The notes below the pieces were generated by a model, which had not been told where the DNA came from, searched no databases, and worked only from the letters and a program-made list of their open reading frames with translations. The position numbers were made by a program, and so were the translations under genes. A stretch of DNA of 64,000 nucleotides from Sarea resinae (Eukaryota). The stretch covers positions 62,001-126,000 of the forward strand of contig JAPEUD010000061.1 in the NCBI GenBank assembly GCA_026026165.1, written 5' to 3'. Shown here in pieces: positions 35,513 to 47,204 of this stretch (its first letter is position 1; every line of letters starts with the position of its first letter).

Positions 35513-37871
35513 ATGACATTGACATTCCCTTCTCTTCTTCTGACACTTTTCTGATTGTGACCCTGTACTGGAAACATTCGAGGACATCAGATCGTGAGGT
35601 GATCTTTACTGGCACAGGCACAGGCTCCATGGCCGACCAAGAAGAAGTGGCTCTGTCCACGCCCGTCAGCGAGGACCGCGATGCCCATTTCGAAGCCTTA
35701 CTCGCTGCCCCACCGCTGCTGCCTCTGCCCGAACACATCCCCAAAGTCGCCCACTTCGTCTTCGTCTACGTCAAAGAAGTGACATGGATGGAATATGTCG
35801 CCATCCGCTCGGCCCATCTGGCCCTGCAGGCTGAGAAGATCAATCTCTGGATCCCCGAGGGCGACGTCAATCTGCCGGGAGAGATGTGGAAGAGAATCAT
35901 GACGATTCCCGGCACCGTGATACGACAGACGGCCATTCCGGACACGGTCTACAACAAGACAGTCCAGGTCACACAGCATGTTTCCGACGTGCTGCGACTG
36001 AAGATCCTCTGGGAGGAAGGCGGTAAGTGCTGTCTACACACCGTTGTATGCATCGCTGACGGCGAGTAGGTATCTACATGGACACCAACCTCGTCGCTCT
36101 CCGCTCCTCGGATCCTGTCCTCTACGCCCCGAATACCCGCTCGACGGTCATGGGACTGCAGCCCATCGGCGGCCTCTGCAATGCCCTGATCATGTCGAAG
36201 CCGCACTCTCCCTTCCTGGCCCGCTGGATGTCCCACTACACCGACTTCGAGGACAGAGAATGGGACAAGACCTCCGTCTACCTTCCCTACGAGATGTACA
36301 AAGCCCGCGATCCCGATCTCACCGTCCTCGACGACCACGCATGGTTCTACCCGATCTGGGGCCAGGGCGACGAACCTCTCAAGACCATGTGGGTGGGTAA
36401 GAGCTGGAGCGACATCGACAAGAATTACGGCGTCCACTTCTGGCATTGGGAGACGGCGCCCAGTGATGTGTTGACCATTGACCCTTGGACTACCAGAGAG
36501 ATCGATACGCCGTTATTCTGTAAGATGCGCTACCTGTTCGATGATCTGGATGGCGACGGATACAAGTCGGTGCCGGATGGGCTGGACGCCAATTGTTCGG
36601 CCATCCACACGACGGATCTCAGACCGCATGCGCAGGGACTCATCTCGCACTACGATTTCAGCTCCGACAGCTCAAACATCAAATGGGTCGATTCCTCAGG
36701 GAACAGGCTGCACGGCTGGTCGCCATCGGGGACGGCGCTCTTCCAAAGCACCACTGATGGATCTGTAGCCCGAAATATGACCGCCGGCTCATACGCCGTT
36801 CTCCCAGTTCCACTAGACTGGGATACGCGCTCGGGAAGCGTACGTCTGACCTTCAAACTCGAACCTCCCATGCCGGTCGTCTCCCAAAGCAACAGTTCAG
36901 ATCAGAGCCAAGAGACAGAAATCGGCCTCCTCAAGATCCGTATCGAGACCTCGGGCGAGATTCTCTTGACCCTGAAATCCTGCCCCAGCACTGCCACCGG
37001 CACCTCCGCCCCAGCCGAATCCTCTTCCGGAATTACAACCTTTTGTCCCCGTATTCAATGGTACGGAGAACACGGTGCAAATAATACGCTCTCCCGCATA
37101 GACGACATCGACAGCAGTTCCTCCCTCGGATTCGTGCCGGATGGTGAAGAGTTCCAAACCCTAACGCTGTCCCTCGACCGAATAAGCCGCGGTCTTTTGT
37201 CCATGTCTCTTTCATCATCCCCATCGTCGTCCTTTACATCCTCCGCCTCCTCCGACTCCGAGCACATCGCGCGCTGGACCACAGCCTCCGTCCCCTTGGT
37301 CGCCTCCCCCAAGATTGCCCACGAGATATGGTTCAACTCGCGTGATTTTGGGCACTTGGACACCGACTTCCGCGGAGTCATTTCAGGTCTCAGTTTCTAT
37401 AATCAGGCGGTTGAGCCAGGGAAGATGATTGAGGGTCGTAAGTGTTCTCCCTTGCGCTTTTCCTCGCCTTTTAGTGCATCAACTAGTCTGCCGTATTCGT
37501 ATCGGTATGTTAGGAGCTTGACTAATTCCTATTTCCTTGCGGCAGCGTCACCGTCATCTGAGGAGCATTCATCATCACCGCCATCATCGCCGGCAGGGCC
37601 GGGGGCCCACCTCTCGTCGCCCTCGCCATCATCGCTATTGTCACCACCTCCACCGCCAGAGGCACCGGAGACGCACCACCCGTCTATACCGAAACTACCT
37701 GCGAACCCATCAGCGAAGCCCTCCACGAATCTCCTGGGTATCGGCCCCGAGGCCCTCCCACGCGTCTACGCTTCTCCCTGGGGTCTTGTCCCGTTCATGT
37801 TGGTGTTCTGGGGTGTGCTCTTCATGCTCTGGAGACGGCGCAGGGGACTGAGGGGGCTCTGTGGGTATTAG
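35513..37871 (+). CDS. GT32-like glycosyltransferase fused to a LamG/concanavalin-like domain, with a C-terminal membrane anchor and an apparent 5' frameshift
   Basis: Contains IPKVAHFV, HVSDVLRLKILWEEGGIYMDTN (across intron 36023-36069), LCNALIMSKPHSPFLARW and HFWH. Later YDFSSD..WVDSSGNRLHG, an in-frame intron at 37438-37545, a Ser/Pro stalk, and a TM helix followed by RRRR. The first in-frame ATG is 35629. Confidence 0.8.
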
Positions 37872-39161
37872 ATCGATGGCGCAAAGTCTTGAAGGTATTG
37901 CTCTGGTGGTCGGCGTTCGGTTGGTGGGATCGGAGAGTACGGCGTGGTTTTATGAATGCTATACTTTGGTCCGTTCGTCGCACTTGATAGTTCGAGCGTT
38001 CTGATCTTGCTGGGTGGCGTGTAATTGATCGGATCGGATCGGGTCTACGAAGAAAGGATTTGATACGTCGATGCATACGGTATATGATGCGTGTGATTGT
38101 TTGACTCTAGTCGTGTCGAGAGCGTCATGAACGGTTCACAGAGCATGAATCGCGGCAGTAGAAGTGAGTGAGTGATACAGTCCTCGGGCACACCTCCACA
38201 GGTCAGTCCGTGCAACATCCATGGATGCGATCCACAGATTACGAGAAGACGGCGATAGAAAAAGCCTCGAATTCACGACCGATCAATTCACTATCTAGGT
38301 ATCCCCGAGGAGAGGGAGGGAGAGTCGACATTGACGATGATGGCTCAGACAACCGTCTTGTGCTTCTTGGAAGGTGGGTGCTACTGGCCGGGCCAGTCCA
38401 GTCCAGTCCAGTCGCGATCCAACACAACGTGGGAAGACGCAACGTATCCGGCCGGCGTCGATGCCGCAACGACAACCCCAGAACTTCAATTCTCATCTTT
38501 GTCCTGGATCGCTTCTGATCGTCGCTACGAATCCAGTACCGTATATTCAACGTATCGAGGTAAGATCGCATCACTCATTCATGTTGTTTCGCTCTCTCTT
38601 GTCTCCGCTGCCCTCGGCCGATGGCGATGGCCGGGGCGGCACGCAGTCTTCTACGTTGTTGTCGTCCCCTGGATGCGGGATGTGGGTGGCCCGTGCGATG
38701 GCTGTTCGTGCCGATGGATTTGCGCATCGTTGACTGTCGCGTCTCTCCGGCGCGCCAGTCAGATGTGCCCATCGCTCGCACGTGTAGTTACTAGACTTGG
38801 TCGACGCATCTTTGCTTGGGGCCCACGTCAACGTCAACGCCGCGCCTTTGCCTTTCCCTGACTTTTCGTCTCCTTTCCCTGCCCAAGTGTTGATCAGAAG
38901 CCCGCAAGAAGCTTCCAGGTCCCCCGTGGACTTTGGGATCCACTGAGCGATGGGCTTACAGACGGGATGTTCAATTGGCTCCAGCCCATTGGCTCGACCG
39001 CAACAAACGTCATATACGTTGCCCAGAAGACGTTCTGACGTTGCTTATAGATGACTGACGGACTTATAAGCTGGCCATGGACTCGAAACTACTATCGAGC
39101 CGTGGTCCGTTGCTAGCTAATCAGTCGTAGAAGAAAGCTGTCGCCAACGGCTGCAGCAACG

Positions 39162-41296
39162 ATGCTCGACCTGCTCATTCTCTTGTCCTTGTCGTGGGTC
39201 ACGGCGGTGAGTGCATCATTCGCCGGGAACCTCAATTACCAGAGCCCGTCGTTGCATCATCCTGGCCTTGGCGTGTCCATACACAAAGTCAACAAGCGCA
39301 ACGATCCGTCCACCGCCTTCGACCCCTCGCAATTGAACTTTACTCACGGCGTTGCTTCCGGAGACCCGTATGCCACCTCGGTCATCCTTTGGACACGCAT
39401 CTCTCCCACCCAGGAGGACGATCCCTCCAACATCACCGTTTCCGGGTTTGTCCCGCTCTACAATCACGATACGATCGAATATGTGCAGGCGTCTACTGCC
39501 CCCGTCTGCGTGGATTGGAAAGTAGCTACGGACATGGCTGTTCGGGACGTCGTCAGCTCTGGCACTGCATATACCAGTTCCGATATCGACTACACTCTCA
39601 AGGTTGAGGCCGATAATCTCCAGCCATTTACCCAATACTATTACCAATTCAACGTCTGCAACTCCAATAATACTAGCCCTCTGGGCCGCACGAAGACGAC
39701 CCCAGCTCAGAACGATACTGTTACTAGTGTCGGGCTTGCCGTATACTCTTGTAGCAATTACCGTACGTCCGACATTCTATAAATCGGAGCACTTGACTGA
39801 TGAGCCCAGCTTTTGGATTTTTCAACGCATTCGGCAACCCGGTCCGCAAAGACTCGGTCGACTATGTCATTCATTTAGGGGACTATATATATGAGTACAA
39901 GAATGGCGACTATGGCTGGGGACAAAGCCTTGGCCGGGTACCGTTGCCCGACCGTGAAATATATACGCTGTATGACTACCGCAAGAGATTCGCCACTTAC
40001 CGCACGGATCTCGATCTGCTCGCCAGCCATCAACAATTCCCCTGGATCCCTGTTTGGGACGATCATGGTCAGCCTGTTGCATCCCACAAAGGTCTATTGC
40101 TGACCGTGCAATAAACAGATGTCGCGGACAATACCTATCGCGATGGGTCTTCGCATCTGAACAACACCGAGGCATCTTTTGTCGACGATGGTGGAGTTAG
40201 TGTCGACCAGCGAAAGATGAATGCCGTTCGCGCATACTTCGAGTGGATGCCCATCCGGTAAGGTCAGAGTATTTCCGAGGGAATCTTGCTGACTCCTGTC
40301 AGTCAGGTCGAGATGGATGACAACCTTCGCATCTGGAGAACTTTCTCCATTGGATCGCTCTTCGATCTCATTATGCTTGATACTCGTCAATATGACCGGT
40401 CGATTACCGATCTTTACTGGAACACCCATTACGTACACGACATATCCAATGACGCTGGGCGCTCGATGATGGGGCCTAGACAGGAGAATTGGTTCTACAG
40501 TCAGCTCTCTGCGTCGGCCAACCGAGGTGCTGCTTGGCGGCTTGTAGGCAGTCAGACTGGTCAGTCTCTGGTCTTTACGTCGGATCAAGTCCAGGTTACT
40601 GATATTAGACAGTCTTCTCGCGAGTAAATGAGTCCGCCGCGTATGGGAATACAGATCCGCTTGACTACGATGCGTGGGACGGTTACCAGGTGAGCAAGTT
40701 CGAATGTTACCCGGCGGACGCTGGAAGCTGCTAAATGTGTTCAGGCGAACCGCAACCGAACATTCCAACATCTCTATGATAATGACATTGGTAATAACAT
40801 CTTCTTGTCCGGTGATTCTCATGCAAGCTGGGTTACGGACTTGGTGTGGCTTGACCAGCATCCGTATGATCCAGTCTCTGGCAACGGCTCTATTGGTGTC
40901 GAATTCGCTGGCTCAGCAGTCACCAGCCCATGTCCATATGGTCAAAATATCACTCTCGAACTAGCCAACAACTATAGCTCATGGCTTGTTGCTGCCAATC
41001 GTGAGCTCCAATGGCAGGATCTATACTATCGGGGCTATTACGAGCTTCATGTTGGCTACAATGAAGTCAACGCATCCTACTTTGGAATGCCGACGGTGGT
41101 GACGAGAAATCCGGATGAGATCCTGCTCGCCAACTTTACGGTCGCTAATGGCGCCAATAAATTGAGTCGACCCGTTGCCGGTGGGGTAGCGGAGAGTGGG
41201 GCACTCAAGCATGGCAAAGTCATCTCCACCAACCTCACTAGTGTCACGGGCACCAACATGACTTTTATCAGTCATGACAACGAGGAAGATCTTTGA
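39162..41296 (+). CDS. phoD: Secreted alkaline phosphatase D (PhoD family)
   Basis: Signal peptide plus FTHGVASGDP, YSCSNY, IHLGDYIYE, WDDH, LDTRQY, DAWDGY, LSGDSH and VEFAGSAVTSP. Five introns. Confidence 0.95.
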
Positions 41297-41743
41297 GCAT
41301 AGGTTGAAATGAAAGCTAATGCCTCGGCAGAGAGGGTGTGCAATCTAGGTTAGCAAATGCAAAGGATAGATGAAAAGCAATTGATCAAATTTACCAAATA
41401 CCTGCAACCCTTCCTCCGTTTGGAAATGCTTTTTAACGCACTGTACATTGCGATTGGGCCTACAGTATCTCTTGCGGCCCTTGTCCATTCTTCTGCCTTG
41501 AACACCTTTTGGCGGTACGATGCCTAGGACCCACACTGCGCCATGTGCCGTCCATGTGCCTCATGTCGCATGTCGCATGCACCGATCTCGCCGACAACAC
41601 TGGTGATTGGATACGGCTGCAGTCTCGTCGGAGGTGTTCGGTATCAAAAATTGCTGCTAGGCCCGGTAATTAGCCGGGGCCGTTTGAGTGGATCCCGAAA
41701 AGGATGCCTGAAGCGCGAGTGTGTGTGTGTGTTGAGAAAACTA

Positions 41744-41954
41744 TTATCTGATGAAAACTTAAAGTTATCTGATCCGCTGGTAAGTGCGGGTTGTCGCTTC
41801 CCGTTCAGGCATCGGTTCTGCCACTCTCGGTGACACTGCTAACTTGATCTCGGCTAGCGTGGCTTCTTGTGGTCCGAGGTCGCCCAGTAGACTTATCTGA
41901 TCCTTCTCCTCTGTTCGAAGCCAAGACTGCCCACCCTTCTAGCGGATCAGATAA
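41744..41954. promoter_or_regulatory. Four SreA/Sre1/Fep1-type GATA sites (ATCWGATAA)
   Basis: TTATCTGAT at 41744, 41765 and 41893, and ATCAGATAA at 41946, all 300-510 bp upstream of the ferric reductase ATG. Confidence 0.85.
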
Positions 41955-42253
41955 TGCGCGCAATTCTGTTGTCTGGTTGCTGCCTTTGGTCTCCTTGTCG
42001 TTGTCTCCGAAAAAGCCCTCCCCACTCCCCTGATCTGGCCTTTCACGACCGGAGCAAACGTCCTTGGCAAATGTCCGCCCTCGTGTTCCGCGTGGTAGCC
42101 AGGGGTGAAGAGCGAACAAAGACGGCATGGAAGCTTGTCCTGCCTGAGCAGAGCTTATGGGGAGGGCATATTTTTACTACGCCATCCCCATGATCTTCTC
42201 AATGATGGACATCTGCACACCGTTTTGAACCCTATTATATTACTCTTAGCAGT

Positions 42254-44899
42254 ATGCGGGCTGATACTGGCTTCCTCTTCGTTATTGCAGCTTTGATCCC
42301 AATATCTTATGCTACGAGCAGTCCCCTCAATAATCATCGTTCATGTGTGTATGCATGTTACACCGTCTTTGATGAATTGACCTTTGCGGCCCCCAAAGCC
42401 GGAGCGGGTAAAAAGGCAAAGTCTTGTACGATTCCGAATTTCGTCTCATCCCTGTACTCCTGCTCAGCGCTCTATTGTTCCCCTGCCGAAATTGAAGCGG
42501 GGTTGAAGTATGTGGACGAGGAATGTCAGGAGGATGAAGGGGTGGGCTTGACTCCATCTTATGATGAAGCAAATATCACAAGCCAAAACCTCGCGTCAGT
42601 CGAGCGGATCAGTTCCGATGATTTTCTCAATCTAGCGTCCGCAAAGGTCAAAACAACAATTGTACCTGATCGCAACCTCTTCGACCTTGCGAAACGCTCT
42701 GTGGTACGTCTTTCAGTCACTTGAATAGATGGATGATGCTGACAACATCTCAGGAAGTGTGGTACGACTCACGCGAGGTGAACAGGCGATTTGGGTAGGT
42801 CTCGCCGCTCCGAATATTATCCTCCTTGGCTTACAATGGTATATCAGATGGGCTATTTACATATTCTGGGGAGGAATCCTGCTGATCGGAATGACGACTC
42901 ACCTGCTCTCCTATGTGTCTATTAAGCCGTACAGTGCTCGGCCAATGGACCAAGCCGAAGTGGAGAGCGGCGGGAAGAACCCTAGGACTGGGATGGTCTA
43001 CAAGGTCAGATCAAGCATCAGAAAGCACTTGATTCTTCCAGCAACATTTGGATATCGTCATCAGCAACCCTTTGGCTGGTGCACTATCCCGACTCGGCTC
43101 GAGTCCACAGCAGTAGCGTCGTATATTGCATTGACTGTGATACTATGTGCGGTGGATTACCATTCTTTCCAAGGAATGATATAGTGAGTTCTCCTATTTT
43201 TCTTTACTGGAGCGTTTGCTGACATCTTCAATGAAGCTGGCCCAACCCCTCAATCCAGACTTGGAGATATTTTGCCAACCGAACCGGCGTGCTTGCTTTC
43301 GCCAATCTCCCTCTTATGTGGATCTTTGCAAGCAGAAATAATATCTTTCAATCTCTTACCGGATGGAGCTTTGCCACTTTCAACATATTTCATCGCTGGA
43401 TTGCCAGAATTGCCACACTGCAGGCCACACTGCATGCTATTGCGTACACGGTATACACGCTGATGAGTAAGATATTCCTCGCGACTATCGGCTACTAGAA
43501 CGCTGACCATGGTGTAGGTGGAGGATCGGAGAAATACAAAGCTGATTGGCTCAAGAATTATTGGCAGATGGGGGTAATGGTGAGTAGCTGTCCCATCCCT
43601 CACTTGGGTCTTCTCCTCTTGCCTTTGACAAGATGACCTGATACCTCAAAGGCTGTCATAGCAATGGGCTTGATCGTCACATTCTCCATGTACCCAATAC
43701 GGCAGAAAGCGTACGAGTTGTTTCTGAGAGTACACATTGCCTTGGCGGTCGTGATGCTCGTCGGATGCTTCTAGTAAGTTCAGCCCCGCCGAAGAAGGGA
43801 AGATGCGGAAGTTGACAGCCAATTCAGCCATGTGAAAATCTTCGACGGAGAGTTTAGCCCCTATCTCTGGCCATGTGTAGCATTTTGGGTCTTCGATAGA
43901 GTTGTCACCCTGTTCCGACTTGCCTATCTCAACTACAAGGTTCTCGGTCTAAAGGAGATCCAATCTCGAGCAACGTACAGTGATGAAACGAACCTGATCA
44001 CGCTGGATGTCTTTCCTTCTTCGAATCCTTTAGCGAAAGGCGGAGCTCATTACTACGTCTATTTCCCGACTCTCTGGAGAGGCTGGGAAAACCACCCGTT
44101 CACCGTTGCGGAGTGGTCGTCGTCGTCATCTCAAACATCTACCGTCGCCGTCGACGCCCGAGTTCAACAAGATGCAGTCGGTATCAAAGAAACGGCCGAC
44201 AAATCGCCCACCTCAGTGGCAACGACGACAGCGCTCTCGTCGTCCAGTTCAGACCAGCTACCAGCCCAGCAACATTGCCTGAGATTCCTCATCCGGCCGA
44301 AAACCGGCATTACTGCGCACGTGCACAAGAAAATCCTCCGAGCAGGAGGCGTGCTCCATATGAAGGTGCTCGTTGAAGGTCCCTACGGCGACACCGCCGC
44401 TCTCCACGCATCCGACAATGTCCTCCTCGTCGCCGGAGGAAGTGGCATCACGTCCATCCTCTCGTATCTGCAAGATCTCGCCGGCCGACCCGTGTCTCAT
44501 GCCGAGGCGGTCCAACGAAAAGTCCACGTCGTCTGGGCCGTCCCGGAAGAAGCGTTTGCGAGCGAACTGCTCGGCGGGTCGCTCGGCAGGTACCTGGAGG
44601 GGCGCCAGGGCTACAGCGCCGACATCTTCATCACGAAGACCTCTTCCGCATCCTCGTCCTCGAGGCCGGCCACCCTCTATGGGAAGGCAGAGGCTGCCAG
44701 GGAAGCGTTTCGGCTCCACTACGGCGTCCGGCCCGACATCGCCGCCGTCATCAGAGACAAAGTCATTCGGAACGGTGACCGCTCGTGCGTTCTCGTCTGC
44801 GGCGCGGCGAGCATGGCAGATGATACGCGCAAGACGGTGGCGGCGCTCGCGGGCGAGGGATGCGATGTGGGGTATTTCGAGGAGAGGTTTGGCTGGTGA
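42254..44899 (+). CDS. Plasma-membrane ferric/cupric reductase (Fre family)
   Basis: Signal peptide and Cys-rich N-terminal domain, heme-ligand helices FHRWIAR..LHAIAY and [11 protein letters not shown] motif ENHPFT, VEGPYG, NADPH motif [12 protein letters not shown], and a terminal FEERFGW. About six introns. Confidence 0.95.
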
Positions 44900-45899
44900 G
44901 ACAGGCGTGTGGGATTTCCTGCTCAATGGGATGGATTGGGATGGGATGGGATGACATGGCAGGGCGTGGGAACGGCTAGTAGTAGCCCCGATCGAATGAG
45001 TACGATGTTGACGTTGAACGAATCGGCGAACATGTCTGTTTCACATCTCGGGGAGTTTTGGTTTTGAGTATGGGCCGTGGGTTCCTTGGAAATATATCTG
45101 GCAACTTTTGCTATTCTTTGCTATTCTTTATCCCTCCCGTCGATTGAAATGGATAACGTAATCGAAGATACGCACCCTTGGGTGCTTAGTTGTAGATGGA
45201 TGGAGACTGTAGCTTAGATTATTCATTTCTAGATTTAGGTCACTCCAGACCTTTTTGCAGCTCCCTTCCCTTCCGCATCGAGACTACGCAGTAGGCCCAG
45301 TCAGGGACCAGCGGTCAAGGGTCAGGGGCTAGAGGGTCTGTCCCTACTCATATAGAGTACACAACACGGCTGGCTATTGTACGTCTTGCCCGGCTTACAA
45401 ATCCGACAAAGGTAGCTCTAAGATGTCTTACTCACTCCCTATATCGCCGACAAGATAAGACTTCGTGCTCGAGATCTGAGAGTAGATTTGATATCACTGT
45501 GGTGGGTGCTAATGCCACCACTGACGACGTTTGTACGAGCTGATATAGTGAGGACGTGGGGGAGGCGGGTGGATTAATTTCCTACCGTCTATCGACTCTT
45601 GACCCGGTCTAAACCGTCTTTTATCCTCGTCTCCCCAGCGGCCGTGTCAGCGCCTCGTGCGTGCCGACGCTGGGCCCGCGACTCGGGCCCTCCGTATCTC
45701 AGTCCCGGGGGGTGTCTATAGTACAAAACCTTGTAATCAGGGATCAGTTTTCATGTTCGCTCGTCTTGTCTTGTCATGTCGTGTCTTGTCGTGTCTTGCC
45801 TTGTCTTATGTTTATTGCTGTGTTCTAACTCTTGTCTTCAATCTAAGAGTTCGCGTCTAAAGGTTCCACCTACTTCATCTAGGCGCTTTTCCGTTTCTC

Positions 45900-46560
45900 T
45901 CTTTCGACGCTAGTTTCTTGGGTATATACCTTGACTGAATCACTAACGCCAAGCCGCCTTTTGCGAATGTATGGGATGGGATTGCACCTCCTTGTCGTTG
46001 TGCCAGCTACCGAATTCGTGTGTGAGCGGGTCTTAGAAGGTGTAGTTGTTATTGTAGTCAGAAAAGGATAAGGATAAGGATAAGGAAGAGGAGGAAAAGG
46101 AAGAGAAGGAGGAACAGCGAGGCTAGTATAGGGTAAAATACCTATGTCTATAGCCTATCTTACCTTATCTGAGTAAGAAACGCTTAAAGAAAAAGAGATG
46201 GAAGAAGACTAAAAAAAATAAAAGAAATTAAGAGAAGAAAGCTAGTACATAGATAGAAATCAAGCTGTTAGCTCTGAAAATCTAGAATATCTATTACACG
46301 CCTAGATAAGCTAAGCTATAGCAGTACTCTCACCTAGGATATATATAGGAATAAAATATATCTATCTATTAACTATACCTAATAATACCTCTCTCTCAAA
46401 TGTCGATCTTTAAGGCCTCGGTTCTAAACCTCTAATACATATAGCTATATAGGTAAAGATTGATAGGACTCTATATAGAATACAGCAAGGTAAATAGGCA
46501 AACCCGTTCCTACATGAGCTATCCACAAAGACTACTATAACCCGGCTCGTCCGCGTTATG
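45900..46560. mobile_element. AT/TpA-rich RIP-like degenerate repeat relic, family unidentifiable
   Basis: Abrupt AT enrichment with dense TA/CTA/TAG and little CA/TG, for example CCTAGGATATATATAGG and CTATCTATTAACTATACCTAATAATACC. No credible ORF. Confidence 0.55.
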
Positions 46561-47204
46561 CCTATTTGCTTACTATGTAGCGCAGTGCTCTTCGCACCCA
46601 GTAGCTCGCTTCTCTTTTTTTCGGTTTGGTTGTTGATCTGTCTATCCATTATCTGTTTTCTACTAATTGTATTGTATCGCATTGCATTGCGGTGCGGTGG
46701 GGTGGGGTATAGCGTGGCGTGGCGTGGCGTATCGTCGTGTGGTAGGCAAGCGGATAGTTAGCCTGATATTTAGCAAGAGTAATTAGATATAATCATTTAT
46801 TTTTTGTAGGCGGGGGGCGAGGCTGATGTCAACGTGGACGCCGATGTTGTTAGCTGCGAACCAAACAACACCTGTGTTGTTCGTCAAATACACAAGTGAA
46901 AAACTTGCAATCAATAGAAATAGTATTCCTCGACGAGACGGGACAAAACTAGTCGGAGACATGGGTGAACAAGAGAGAATAAAACAAAACGCCTTGGCAT
47001 ATCAATGGTATTGAATAAATTGATGACTGAGGGTACGCAAATGCTTCTTATACCCGATCCCTTCTCGTCCTATTCTGGTTCCTTTCTCGTCCCATTCTCA
47101 TCCCGCCACCCATCCGATTTCCATTCACTGGAGCCCACAGAACACATCACAATTAACCCCCCTCCCCAATCCAAAGCAAAAACATAAGAAGTAACCCCCC
47201 CCAC

